Below are positions 37,641-51,005 of a stretch of 64,000 bases of DNA, piece by piece (the stretch's first letter is position 1; each line of letters opens with the position of its first letter). Position numbers and translations under genes: made by a program. The notes under the pieces are model-generated. The model was not told where the DNA came from and did no database searches. It was given only the letters and a program-made list of their open reading frames with translations. Source of the DNA: Hemiscyllium ocellatum (lineage: Eukaryota); the NCBI RefSeq assembly GCF_020745735.1, contig NW_026867516.1, positions 675,144 to 739,143 on the forward strand, given 5' to 3'.

Positions 37641-37691
37641 GCTTCGGAAATGTGAAACAGAAAGGGATTGGGGAATCCCAGCTCAGGGGGA

Positions 37692-37887
37692 GGATTGTAC
37701 CATTCATTCGGGGTGGTGTGGAAAGGATCGTACCATTGAGACTTTAGAGGATTGTACCATTAATGGCTGTGGGGGAGTAAAGGATTATACCATTCAGAGG
37801 GGGACGATTGCATCATTCGAAGGTGGAGGGGCAAAAGGAAAGGGGAGGATTGTACCATTCACATCACGGGGTGTGGATTGTACCATT
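37692..37887 (+). repeat. Array of 7 GGATTGTACCATT motifs with variable spacers
   Basis: Copies at 37692, 37725, 37749, 37782, 37805 (degenerate), 37847, 37875. Confidence 0.8.
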
Positions 37888-38049
37888 CACAGGGAGAATT
37901 ATTGATTTTTATATTTCAGAATTTCCAGGATACAGGACATATGCCAATTTTACCTCCCAGAAATCGACTGAAACTAGGTACACTAAAAAAATCCAGCAGG
38001 AAGATTATCAGTTAAAAAGGTCTAGTTTCGGTCATAGCAGTTATAGCCT

Positions 38050-41000
38050 TCTAGAGTCACACCGCACAGAAACAGACACTTCAGTTCAACTCATCCATGC
38101 CGACCAGATGTTCCAATCTGACCCAGTCCCAAGTTCCAGCATTTGCTCCATATTCCTCTAAATCCGAACTATTCATCTAGACACCTTTTAAATGTTGTAA
38201 TTGTACCCACCTCCACCACTACCTCTGGCTGCTCATTCCATACACGCTCTACCTTCTGCGTGAAAACGTTGCCCCTTAGTTCCTTTTAAATCTTTCCCCC
38301 TCTCATCTGAAACTTATGCCTTCTAGTTTTGGACTCCTCCACCTTGGGGGAAAAGACCTTGGCTATTCGCCCTATCCGTGATTTTCATGATTTTATAAAC
38401 CCCTCAGGTCACCTCTCAGCCACCTCCACTCCAGGGAGAACAGCCCCAGCCTAGTCAACCTCTCTCTGTAGCTCAAATCCTCCAACCCTGGCAACATCTT
38501 TGTAAATCTTTTCTGAACCCTTTCAAGTTTCACAACATCATTCCAAGAGGAAGGATGCCAGAATTGTACACTTATTCCAAAAGTGGCCGAAACATTCTCC
38601 TGTACAGCCACAACATGACCTCTCAAATCCTATACTCAATACTCTGACCAATAAAAAAAAAGTATATCAAACACCTTCTTCACTATCCTATCTACCTGCA
38701 ACTCCACTTTCAAAGAGCTGTGAACCTGCACTCCAAGGTCTCTTTGTTCAACAACTCTCCCTTGAGCCTTACCATTAAGTGTAGATGTGCTGCTCTGATT
38801 TGTTTTTCCAAAATGCAGCACCTCGCATTCATCAAAATTAAACTCCATCTGCCACTCCTCAGCCCATTGGTACATCTGATCAAGATCCCATTGTAATCTG
38901 AAGTAACCTTCCTCGTTGTTCACTACACTTCCAATTTTGGTGTCATCAGCAAACCTACTAACTACACATCCTATGTTCACATCCAAGTCATTTGCATAAA
39001 AAATACAAAAAGTAGTGGACCTAGCACCGATCGTTGTGGTTCTCCACTGGTCATAAGCCTCCAGTTTAAAAAATAAACCTCCACCACCACCTTCTAACTT
39101 TGAGCCAGTTCTGTATCCAAATGTCTAGTTCTCTCTGTATTCCATAAGATCTAACCTTGCTAACATGTCTCCCTCGGGGAACCTTGTCAAACACCTTACT
39201 GAAGTCCATATAGATCACATCCATTGTTGCCCTCATCAATCTTCTTTGTAACTTCTTCAAAGCACTCAATCAAGTTTGTGAGACATGATTTCCCATGCAC
39301 AAAGCCATGCCGCCTATCCCTAATCAGTCCTTGCCTTTCCAAATATGTGTAAATCCTGTCTCTCAGGTTTCACTCCAACAACCTGCCCACCACCGATGTC
39401 AGGTTCCCTGGCTTTTCCTTATCAACATTCTTAAATAGTGGTACCAACGTTAACCAACCTCCAGTTTTCCGACACCTCTCGTGTGACTATCAATGATACA
39501 AATATTTTAGCAAGGGGCCCAACAATCACTTCCCGTAGCCTCCCACAGAGTTCTCGGGTACGTCTGATCAGGTCCTGGAGATTTATCCATCTTCATGTTT
39601 CAAGATATCCAGCACCACTTCCTCTGTAATATGGACATTTTTCAAGATGTTATAATCTATTTCCCTACATTTTATATTTTTTATGTCCTTCTTCAGAGTA
39701 AACATTGATGCAAAATACTCGCTTTGTATCTCCCCATCTCCTGTAGTTCCACACATTGACTGCCTTGCTCATCTTTGGTGTGCCCTATTCTCTCCCTAGT
39801 GGCCCTTTTGTCCTTAATGTATTTGTAAAAACCCTTTGGGTTCTCCTTAACCCTATTTGTCAAAGTTATCTCATATCCAGTTTTTGTCCTCCTGACTTCC
39901 CTTTTAAGTATACTCATACTACCTTTATACTCTTCTAAGGATTCACACAATGTATCCTGTCTATACCTGACATATGCTTCCTTCTTTTTCTTCACCAAAT
40001 ACTCAATTTCTCCAGTCATCCAACATTCCCTACACCTACCAGACATTCCTTTCACCCTAACAGGAATATACTGTCTCTGGACTCTCTTTATCTCATTTCT
40101 GAAGGCTTCCCATTTTCCAGCCGTCTCTTTACCTGCAAACATCTGCCACCAAACAACTTTGGAAAGTTCTTGCCTATTACGTTAAAATGAGACATTCGCC
40201 AATTTAGAATTTCAACTTTTAGATCTGGTCTATCCTTTTCCATCACTATTTTAAAATTAATGTAATTATGGTCGCTGGCTCCAAAGTGCACCCCCACTGA
40301 CACCTCAGTCAGCTGTCCTGCCTTATTTCCCAAGAGTAGGTCAAGTTTTGCACCTTCTCCATAGGTATATCCATATACTAAATCAGAAATCTTTATTGAA
40401 CACGCTTAACAAATTCGTCCCCATCTAAACCCTTAAACCTAGGGCAGTCCTGTTGGAAAGTTAAATCCCCTACCATAACCATATAAGGGGAAATGAGTTG
40501 AAAACTGGGCACAATCCTCCAGGTGCAGTTTCAGCAATGCTATGTTTGGTTGCAGCAACACTTCCTTCCCTTTATGTTCCAATCCTTTTGCGATAAGAGC
40601 AAATGCTGCATTCATTTACTTTATTATCTACTGTACCTGCATGCTAGTTTTCTGTGACTCATTAATGAGGATACCCAGATCTCTCTGCACCAGATCATCC
40701 CAAACCCTCTATTAGAAAAAAGGTTGCTTTGCTGTGTTTTTTTTGACCAAAATGCATGACCTCACACTTATCCACCTTAAACTCCATATGCCACATTTTG
40801 ACCCACTCTCCTAACCTATCTAGATCCATTTGAAAGGTTTGTATTTCCTCATTGCAACTTACCATCCTGTCTATTTATGTGTCATCCACAAATTTGGCAA
40901 ATGAGCCTTTTATCCCTGTATCCATGTCACTAATGTAGATTGTAAATAGCTGGGGTCCAAGGACCCAACCCTGTGCACCTCACTAGTTACATCTTGCCAT

Positions 41001-41430
41001 CCAGAAAAAAAGTCATCAATTCAGACTGTCTGTCTTCTGCCCATCAGCCAGTCACCTATCCAAGCTGATAAATCACCCCATGTCCCACATGATCTAACCT
41101 TGCGAATTAATGCTTTGAGTGGCACTTTAGCAAATGCCTTCTGAAAAGCCAGATATATTACATCTACATGATCCCTATTATCCACTTGTTACATCTATGA
41201 AGAACTTTGTTAAATCTGATTTGCCCATCATAAAACCATGCTGACTCTGATAGATAGAGTTTTGACTTTTCAAACGTCCTGATATTGCTTCCTTGATAAT
41301 TGACGCTAACACCTTCCCAACAACAGATGTTAAACTAACTGGTCTGCAGATTTTCACATATTGCCTGTCTCCCTTTCTGAATACAGGCATTACATTAGCA
41401 TTTATCCAATCCAAAAGGAACCATAATATC
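38050..41430 (-). mobile_element. Two adjacent CR1 LINE ORF2 fragments (junction ~40480)
   Basis: SDHN endonuclease end, NPKGFYKYI, DVIYMDFSKVFDKVP, FADDTKIG (RT), RPVSLTSVVGK, SQHGF. Confidence 0.9.
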
Positions 41431-41558
41431 CTAAGATATAGGAGCGGAAACGAAGCCATTCAATCATGGCTGAAACGTTTCTAACTCCATTCTCCCGCTT
41501 TCTCCCCAGGTCCTTTGATCACCTCGACAATCAAGGACCTGCCTATCTCTGTATTAAA

Positions 41559-42208
41559 TGTGAGAGTTGGAGTAATGATTCAAGATGTGCATAAGTATAA
41601 GGGGCAAGAAGGTGACCAAAAGAAAATGGCCGATGTATGAAATTGACTAACTTAGCTATAGCAGCAGCACTAACACATAGTAGATGGCTGAAGTAGTAAA
41701 CAAGTTGCAGCTGTTTCGAAGCAAGACCACAAGGTCAGCAGAAGTCAGAAAACAAGCAGCTAGATAGATAGCAGAATAATGAAACCCCTTGACAGATAAC
41801 AAACCAGACGATGGGCGACCTTACACATAGCAAAAACAAGTCCAGACAGCAAAACCACAAGGCCGAAAACGAACCTCGTGACTGATAACGAGGGACAAAC
41901 GTTGAGAAACAACTTGAGGTGGACAATGGGTGGTTGTCAGCTGCCTGGGAAGATTGTAAACACTTGAGGGGGAAATGTGTCCAGCTGCACTTGCAAGATT
42001 GGGGTAAACAAGTAATGGAAAAGTACCGGTTGCTCGAGATTGAGAATCACCTGACTCAACAGGGGGTGGAGTTTAAGGGTATATCAGGGGATGCTTTGTA
42101 ACGATCAGGGTCCCTTTCTTTGAGGGGTACCCAACTCTGCAGACTTGCTAATTGCTAATAAACTTTGTTTTCCTGAATTTGTCTTGAGCTGACTTTTTAC
42201 GTCTAACA
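41559..42208 (+). mobile_element. Probable solo LTR (~650 bp)
   Basis: Begins TG, ends CA, AATAAA at ~42157. Interrupts a CR1 tail with imperfect TTAAA/TTAA duplication. Confidence 0.6.
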
Positions 42209-42769
42209 TTAATAAACTCAATGAATCTTTCTCATGTCCAGGGAATTTGGGAATATTGTAACTAATGAATCCACAATCTCCGCCGTCACTTCCTTTAGTA
42301 CCCTAGGAGGGTAGGCCATCAGGCCCAGGGGATTTGTTTGCCCTCAATCCTAATAGTGTACCTATCGACGTTGATTGTTTTAAGTTCGAGCTTTTGACTT
42401 GCTCGTTCCAATACGAACGGTCCTGCTGTCCTCCACCGTGAAAACTGAGGAAAAGTATTGATTTAGCAGCTCTGCCATTTCAGTGTTCCCCTTATTAACT
42501 CACCTGGTTCATCTTCCAAGGAACCAACATTTACTTTAGCGACTCTGTTCCCTTTGACATACCAATAGAAGCTTTTGATATTTTATGCGAGGCTTCTTTC
42601 GTAATTTACCTTACCTATTTCTATTCATTTTTTAAAATCCCTTTGTTTGTGTCTGGAAGTTTCCCGATGTTTCAGCTTTCCAAAGGTCTGGAGTAACATT
42701 CCTGAACAGGCTGGAAATTAAAAAGAAACCCACCTTTCAGGAGGCTGGGGGCGGGGAAAACCAACCCCC

Positions 42770-43130
42770 ATTGTCCCCTATTGGTCGGAGGGCTCCCCAA
42801 CCACGCCCCCTCGATTGGTGACGACGTTGTCTGGACCACGCCCCCTGCGTGTTGGCGCATGTGCAGTGTAGGTCCCGCGGCCGGACAAAGACAGTGTGAC
42901 TGAGTGTGGGAGAGGAATGGCGCCGGCGGCTGAAGGAACAAGAACAGAAACCGCTGGAAAAGCTGAGCAGGTCCGGCAGCTCGTGTTGAGAGAAATGTGA
43001 GGACGTGTTTCGGGTCCGGGGATCCTTCTTCAGAACAGGACCAGGTTTCAGAAACATCCCGGGGAGGTCGCCAGGTCCGAGCGCCAAGACCCGGCTCCTG
43101 CCCCCGGGGAGAGGAGACAGTGAGACAGGG
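42770..43130 (+). promoter_or_regulatory. Alternative-type CpG promoter and probable exon 1 of the 45-kb ZNF
   Basis: Two ATTGG boxes, two CCACGCCCCC (Sp/KLF), GCGCATG, AATGGCG (YY1-like). Candidate donors at 43120 and 43130. Acceptor at 44757. Confidence 0.6.
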
Positions 43131-45157
43131 TAGGATTGGGAACCGCGGGAGGAGGGAGACTGGGGAGTTTATAAACTCCTAGGGGGAGGCCGCAGGCCGC
43201 AAATAAAAGCCCCACAGGCCCAGTGTTTACTTCACCGGGGAAGGAGCTCTCGGGTTGCCTGGCAACCAGCCGCCAGCTTTGTGAGGGTCAGGCACATGTT
43301 GTCTTGGGGCGGGGTTGTTGGATTGTTGTATAATATTGATCTCCTCTGTACTTTTAATTTTGAATGTTTATTAAATGTACATTCGCTTCAATTTATGAAT
43401 TCTAAGTACAGAAGCAAAATATAAACATCTCCTTGCATGCATCCCAACATGTGCATAGGAGCCAAGACTGCCTCAAGATTTACTGAGGTGCTGAATCAAT
43501 AGCTCTTTCCCTTTTCATTAATGAAGGTGGTGCCCAGCAGACTCCTGCTCACAGTCAGTGTCAACCTTTATGGGAAAGATAGGATAGCAAAACCGAGACA
43601 CCAATGTAGCCAAGTAATCTGAAGTCATACTTTGGTGCTTTAATCGCCTCAAACGCATGCCATTCAGAATAATGTCAAGGCTATAGTGGTACCAGGCTCC
43701 CCAAGACAGCAGGATGGATAACAAAGAGGAGAGCTGAAGTGTTATCCTTATCAAGCCTGAAACGTCTTCACAAACCTCCAGCAAGTTAGTTAAATGCAGT
43801 GTCCCCGTCAGAAATCCCATGCAGACACTTCCTACTCAATCCACCTTTCTCCATGTGACTACTAATTTTGACCAGAATAAGTATTACTGGAAGCTTCTCC
43901 ACCAAATTTAAATTGGCAGGTGGGACTAGATAGGGTTGGAATATCTGGTCGGCATGGACGGGTTGGACCGATGGGTCTGTTTCCATGCTGTACATCTCTA
44001 TGACTCTATAATTGCTGAGATTAGCATTACAACCTTTCTGAAATCAGGCTGCAGTGTTTGCAGTTCTCCAATCTTCTAGCACCTCCTCCAAGTCCATGGG
44101 AGACTGATAAATTATGGCTTCTACAATTTCTGTCGTTCCTTCCTTCAAGATTGTTGGATGCATTTCATGAGTGCCTTGTCAAACTTTAAGTACCAAATGC
44201 TTATCGAAGACTTCTTTCATGTTAATTTTGAACTCTTGGGAGGTCATGTTGCGGCTGTACAGAACATTGGTTAGGCCACTGTTGGAATATTGTGTGCAAT
44301 TCTGATCTCCTTTCAATGAAAAGATGTTGTGAAACTTGAAAGGGTTCAGAAATGATTTACAACAATGTTGCCAGGGTTGGAGGATTTGAGCTATAGGGAG
44401 AGGCTGAACAGACTGGAGCTGTTTTCCCTGGAGCGTTGGAGCCTGAGGGGTAACCGTATAGAGATTTACAAATTTATGAGGGGCATGCATATGATAAATA
44501 GACAAAGTCTTTTCCCTGGGTTTGGTCTGTTTCCATGCTGTACATCTCTATGACTCTGTTGGTTGCATCTGTAAGATCCTGAATCAGCACCTTGAGGAGA
44601 ATTAGAGCGAAGTGAGAACAGAGGCTGAGAGAGAGTGGGATGGTGCTTCCAATTTTGTGGAATAACAAAAGAAAAGTATAATCTGCAGAAAGTAGAATTG
44701 CTTGTTCAGAATTGTTACCCTGCACTGTGTGATGACTTTTGTAATCTCTTTTTACAGGTTATTTGAAGATCTGAAGAAGGAAATTTCAAAATCGACAGAT
44801 GAAGGCCTCATGCCCGAAGCATTGACTTCTGATCCTCGGATGCTGCCTGACCTACAGTGCTTTTCCAGCGTCACACTTTTGAACTCTTGTCTCCAGCATC
44901 TGCAATCCTCACTTTCACATCAATGTCTGACAGTGACACTGGGACATCGGGACTGCAACGAATTTTGTGATTCTGTGAGAAGGAGCAAAGCGTTTGCTTC
45001 CTGTTCGAATACATTTTCAGAATCCGTGGGACTGGATGAGAGACCCTACGTTGCAGCGCAGTGAGTGTGGAGCCTGAAACAGTTATACGGCCTAGAAAGA
45101 GGAATTTCACGGCAGGGTGGGGCTGTACCCACGTTTTGTGCAGCTGAAGCTTCGGCC

Positions 45158-45933
45158 ATGGAGAAACCCGAGGAGTCCCGCACTGTGAAGAAACCGTGGA
45201 ACTGTGGCGACTGTGGGAAAGGCTTCTGTGCCCCGTCTGCTCTGGAGACTCATCGGCGCAGTCACACCGGTGAGAGGCCCTTCAGCTGCCCCGAGTGCAG
45301 GAAGGGTTTACCCAGGCATCCACCGTGCTGACCCACCAGCGGGTCCACATGGGGGAGAGGCCTTTCAGCTACCATGAGTGTGGGAAGGCCTTCAGCAATT
45401 CCTTTGCCCTGCTGAGGCACCAGCGAATCCACAAGGGGGAGAGGCCACTCTCCTGCTCCGAGTGCAGGAAGGCCTTCAGTGATTCCTCCCACCGGCGGGT
45501 CCACACAGGGGAGAGGCCCTTCATCTGCTCCGAGTGCAGGAAAGCCTTCACCCAGGCCTCTGCCCTGCTGATCCACCAGCGGCTCCACACATGGAAGCGG
45601 CCCTTCAGCTGCCCAGAGTGCGGTAAAGGCTTCAGCGATTCCTCCACCCTTCAGACCCACCAGCGGGTCCACACGGGGGAGAGGCCCTTCAGCTGCTGTG
45701 AATGCGGGAAGTGCTTTACCCAGGCCTCTGCCCGGCTAAGACACCAGCGGTCCCACACCGGGGAGAGGCCCTTCAGGTGCCCCGAGTGCGGGAAGGGCTT
45801 TGCTCGGGCCTCCAACCTCCAGACCCACCAGCGGATCCACACGGGGGAGAGGCCCTTTAGTTGTCCCAGGCGCAGTAAGGTGTTCACCTGCTCCTCCCAC
45901 CTGCAGAGGCACCAGCAAGTTCACGTGCCATAG
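45158..45933 (+). pseudogene. C2H2 zinc-finger pseudogene (9 finger units)
   Basis: 1-nt deletion at ~45305, 12-nt deletion in finger 4 (AFSDSSHRRVH), lost Cys in fingers 3 and 9. AATAAA at 46493. Confidence 0.85.
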
Positions 45934-45944
45934 CAGGGGCATTG

Positions 45945-46170
45945 AAGGAGTGACGGCTGAGTGCCATTATCGACTGGAGTATTAACTCAGTTCCGGGGCC
46001 TCCCGGGTTCGAATCCTGCTGTGGCAGATGGTAAAATTGGAATTCAGTGAGTAATCTGGAGTTCCAAGTCTAATGATGAAGCCATTTTTGGGGGGAGTTG
46101 GGGTGAAGGGGGTGGGAGAAAACCCCCATCTGATTCACTCACGTCGTTTATCGGGAAGGAAACTACTGTT
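45945..46170 (+). mobile_element. tRNA-derived SINE-like sequence in ZNF 3' UTR (also ~35085-35280, ~58105-58285)
   Basis: B-box GGTTCGAATCC at ~46006 and a degenerate A-box, directly after the stop codon in three paralogs. Confidence 0.5.
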
Positions 46171-47567
46171 GTAGGAAAGGATTCACTCAGTCGTCCCAGC
46201 TGCATCCTTTACCCTGTCTGGCCTATGGTTGAATCTACCCCCCCCAATCCCCATTCTCTCCCTCATCCCAATTCTCTCCCCCACTGGGCCCCTCCCTCTC
46301 ACCAGCAAATGAACAGGGAGAAACCTACTTGGATACAGAGTATACGTTGAAATTGCTGAGTGAGGCAATACTTCCTACAGGTTAAGAAAGGGAGTGTGTG
46401 CGCTTTAACCTTGAGCTATTTTTAAATGAAAAGCTACTTTTTCTACGCCTTTTTGCTGAGGGGAATCTGAAGCTGTAACCAAGTTGGGTCACAATAAAGG
46501 GTTACCTGAACTTACCGCCAGGCTCAGATTCTCATTGAAGGCTTTGAGCTTCAAATGGTTTTTGTTTTAAACCTGTTGATTTTTTTCAGCCTCCTGCACT
46601 AATTTTCCAGTGTCGTGTATCAGATGGAGCAGTGAATGAGTAGCTAGTATTGTTGGAAATTGCAAATATTTCAGGAGTGCAGGTACTGTGTCATTTTATC
46701 GGCATTGTAAAGTTTACTGGCAGCACCAGGAGGTGTGGGCTGTGTTAATTAGAAATGATGTGGAGTTGCTGGTGTTGGACTGAGGTTGATAAAGTTAAAA
46801 TCTACACACTTCCAGGTTATAGTCCCAACAGATTTATTTGGAAGCAATAACTTTCGGAGCGCTGCTCCTTCATCGGGTAGCTGTTGAGCAGGATCGTAAG
46901 ACATAGAATTTATCGCAAAACATTACAGTGTTATGCAGTTGATAAGATTTCATGAACAAATCCAGTTGCAATTCAGTCTTTCATCTTTTAGAATGGGTTA
47001 CAGGTTTCGGTTCATTAACATGTATATCCCAAAACTACTTTTAAGTCACATTCTCCCGATGACTTAAGATTTTATAAAATTAGGTGACATCTCAGCTCAG
47101 ACAATGCAAGAAAGATGTGAGGTTCAAGTCTGTCTGTATCCCAGTCCTGAGTCTCTCACGCTCTATTTCCAAAGTAGGAATTTATAAAATATTACAAAGA
47201 TTGACTGCCTGCAGATTGTGTTTTGCTCAAATAGCACAATGTATCTGCAAATGCAAATTCACTGCATAGGTTTGTGTGTGCGCATGAGAGAGAGAGAGAG
47301 TGTGTGTTTGCATGTGCATGCTTGAGAAAGTGTGTCGATGCAATGGAGTATAAGCCTGTGAGAGGATGTCTGCATAGATTTGAGTGTGGGAGGTGTATGT
47401 GTGTGTGGGAGAGGGTCTGCGTGACTGGGTGTGTATGTGTGTGTGTGGGAGTGAGAGACAGTGTTAAGTGTAGTGTGGTCACCCAAGGTCCCGGTTGAGA
47501 CCGTCCTCATGGGTTCCAAACTTGGCAAATGCCTCTGCTTGGCCAGTAGAAACAATTCGGCAGTTAT

Positions 47568-47903
47568 TGGGTGGCGTGGTGGTTCAGTGGTTAGCAGTGC
47601 TGCCTCGCAGCACCAGGGATCCGGGTTTGATTCCACCTCAGGCAACTGTCTATGTGGAGTTGGCACATTGTCCCCATGTCTGCATGGGTTTCCTCCAGGT
47701 GCTCCAGTTTCCTCCCACAATCCAAAAGATGTGCAGGTCAGGTGAATTGGCCATGCTAAATTCCACATAGTGTTGGGTGCATTAGTCAGGGGTAAATATA
47801 AGGTAGGGGAACAGGTCTGGGTGGGTTACTCTTTGGAGGGTCAGTGTGGATATTTTGGGCCAAAGGGCCTGTTTCCATACGGTAGAGAATCGAATCTAAT
47901 CTA
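47568..47903 (+). mobile_element. HE1-type SINE (another copy at ~48478-48800)
   Basis: A-box TGGTTCAGTGG, B-box GGTTTGATTCC, V-like core, AATCT tail. Confidence 0.85.
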
Positions 47904-49199
47904 CACACACACACACACACACATTGGAGAGGGCAGGGTGAGACTTGTCTTTCACTTTGCAGAAGGTGGGAGGTTCTGGATGCTGTGATTCAGGATAAAC
48001 ACATGCTGGAAGACCTTTGGCTCACAGAGATGGAGTTGGAAGCCAGGCTGCAGACACGTCACGGGGAATGTTAACCGGACACTTTATCCAGGAGATGGTC
48101 ATTCCCCTCTGGACAGAGCCTTCTGGTTAGGTCAGTGGACAGGGTCAGAAGGGTGAGTGTGTGAATCACACAGGTAAAGGGAATCTGAGATTGGGAGGCA
48201 GGGGGAGGAGCTAACTGGCTGAGTGGTGGGGGGCGCTGGGGGTAAGGGGCAGAATATTGACAGGTGATTGTCGTCTTTCTCTGAAGTTAGCAGCAGGAGG
48301 CTAGATGGCATCGGTGTCTGTCTGGCACCAGGTTCAGGAACTGTCGTGCTCAGGACAGGAGAAGTGGGAAAGGGAAGCTGCAGTGGGTGTGGTCCACAAA
48401 TCTCAGGAGGGCAGAGCCTCTGCTGAGGGCGCGTGAGAAGTCAGAAGCTATAAAGACAAAGCAGAACATCAAAGCTCTGGGTGGCATCGTGGCTCAGTGG
48501 TTAGTACTGCTGCCTCACAGGACTGGGTTTGATTCCAGCCACAGGCAACTTTGGCACACTGTCCCCCTTGTGTCTGCGTGGGTTTCCTCCAGGTGCTCCG
48601 GTTTCCTCCCACACTCTAAAGATCTGCAGTTTAGGGTGGATCAGCTGTGCTGAAGTGTCCAGGGATATGCATTTTTGGGTGCGTAAGCCATGGGGAACTG
48701 CAGGGTTGTATGGTAAGTGGGTTGGTTTGATGGGATGCTGTTTGGAAGGTCAGTGTGAGGTGAATGGGCTGAAAGGCCTGCAGGGATTATGTGATTCTAC
48801 TGCTTTAGCCATTTTGTATATTGAGAAATGATTACTGTGGTCCTGGGGAAGGTGGGATTTGTAGTTTCACTGCCATCTGTCCATTCTCCTTCTGTTCCCC
48901 TGTCCATTTTCTCTCTGTTGACACCCTCAACTCCTCACTCCCTCAACCATTCTCTTTCCCCACCACCTGTTATTTCTCGTGCCTCCATCCCTCTTTGATC
49001 GCTGTATCAAGCTCTTCTAAGAAGAGAGAGAGACAGATGGTGATGACTCTACCTGGGAGATGGGGATGCACGAGAAATGGCTGATCTTTAACATTGAGAA
49101 TAGCATGTTCAATTCTATTTTTTTAAAAAAAAGCTGCAGACATCTTTCTGAAACTTGTGTTGAAATTTGTAAAATTTAGCCACAGTTGAGGACAGGCTA

Positions 49200-50560
49200 T
49201 GAGGAGGTTGAGAAACATTGGCACCATCTCGTGCTCCCGCGAGGAGGTTGAGCAATTCATGAACTTCACCAACACATTCCACCCTAACCTTAAATTTATC
49301 TGGACCACCTCTGACACCTCCCTCCCCTTCCTGGACCTCTCCATCTCCATTAATGATGACCGACCTGACACTGACATTTTTTTCTACAAACTCACCGACT
49401 TCCACAGCTACCTGGATTACATCTCTTCCCACCCTACCTCTTGCAAAAACGCCATCCCATATTCCCAATTCCTCCGCCACCGCCGTATCTGCTCCCAAGA
49501 GGACCAGTTCCACCACAAAACACACCAGATGGCCTCCTCCTTTAGAGACCGCAATTTCCCTTCCCACATGGTTAAAGATGCCCTCCAATGCATCTCGTTC
49601 ACATCCCGCACCTCCGCCCTCAGACCCCACCCCTCCAACCGTAACAAGGACAGAATGCTCCTGGTGCTCACCTTCCACCTACCAACCTTCGTATAAACCA
49701 AATCATCCGCCGACATTTCCACCACCTCCAAACAGACCCCACCACCAGGGATATATTTCCCTCCCCACCCCTTTAGGCCTTCCGCAAAGACCGTTCCCTC
49801 CGTGACTACCTGGTCAGGTCCATGCCCCCCTACAACCCACCCTCCCATCCTGGCACCTTTCCCTGCCACCGCAGGAACTGTAAAACCTGTACCCTCACCT
49901 CCATTCAAGGCGCTAAAGGCCCCTTCCACCTCCATCAAAGTTTTACCTGCACATCCACCAATATCATTTATTGTATCCGTTGCTCCCAATGTGGTCTCCT
50001 CTACATTGGGGAGGCTGGGCGCCTCCTAGCAGAGCGCTTTGGGGAACATCTCTGGGACACCCGCACCAATCAACCACACCGCCCTGTGGCCCAACATTTC
50101 AACTCCCCCTCCCACTCTGCCGAGGACATGGAGGTCCTGGGGCTCCTTCACCACCGCTCCCTCACCACCAGATGCCTGGAGGAAAACGCTTCATCTTCCG
50201 CCTCGGAACACTTCAACCCCAGGACATTAATGTGGACTTCAACAGTTTCCTCATTTCCCCTTCAGCCACCTTACTCTAGTTCCAAACTTCCAGGTCAGCA
50301 CTGTCCCCATGACTTGTCCTACCTGCCAATCTTCTTTTCCACCTATCAACTCCACCCTCCTCCCTGACCTATCACCTTCATCCCCTCCCCGACTCACCTA
50401 TTGCACTCTTTGCTACTTTCTCCACACCTCCACCTTCCTCTAGCTTATCTCTCCACCCTTTGGGCTCTCTGCCTTTAGTCCTGATGAAGGGCTTTTGCCC
50501 GAAATGTCGATTTTACTGTTGCCTGAACTGCTGTGCTCTTCCAGCACCAATAATCCAGAA
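49200..50560 (+). mobile_element. 5'-truncated Penelope-like element: RT C-terminus, GIY-YIG endonuclease, terminal hammerhead
   Basis: FHPNLKF..LPFLDL..YLDYISSHP..AIPYSQFLR, CHRRNCKTC, NIIYCIRCSQCGLLYIGE, RFGEH, PVAQHF. AGTC-CTGATGA-A-GGGC-TTTT-GCCC-GAAATGTC-GATT at ~50477-50513. Absent from paralog at ~60215. Confidence 0.9.
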
Positions 50561-50967
50561 AGGGGTGAGTTTCCAATTCTAATATTGTGAAATTGGTTCT
50601 GCCTGTGTAGAAATAGAGTCATGGAGCATGGAATGAAACAGTTTGGTCTGTGTCGACCAGCTATCCTAAATTATTCTATTCCTATTTGCCAACACTTGGC
50701 CCAAACCCCTTTAAACCTTCCTATTCGTACACCCATCCAGATGCCTATTAAAAGTTGTAATTGTACCAGCCTCCACTCCGGCAGCTCATTCAATACATTT
50801 ACCATCCTCTGCGTGAAACAAGTGACCCCTTAGGTCCGTTTTAAACCTTTCCCCACTCACCTTAAACTAATGTCCTCTAGTTCTGGCATTTCCTGAGGCA
50901 AATTAAATGCCACACGTCTTTTCTAATCCTTTGGTCCCTCATCTTTCCCTGAAGATTTTTCCCTCAT

Positions 50968-51005
50968 GATTCCTGAAGAAGGGCTCATGCCCGAAACGTC
51001 GATTC
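50968..51005 (+). ncRNA. Minimal type I hammerhead ribozyme, family A (intact core)
   Basis: GAUUC-CUGAAGA-A-GGGC-UCAU-GCCC-GAA-ACGU-C-GAUUC. It lies in a 111-bp insertion (50950-51060) flanked by TCCCTCATCTTTCCC at 50935-50949 and 51061-51075. Confidence 0.72.

Noticed and set aside
37692-37887. CRISPR array interpretation
   Set aside because: Vertebrate context, no cas genes, 13-bp repeat and irregular short spacers.
45945-46030. tRNA gene
   Set aside because: B-box present but no cloverleaf; this is a SINE head. The same applies to the HE1 copies.
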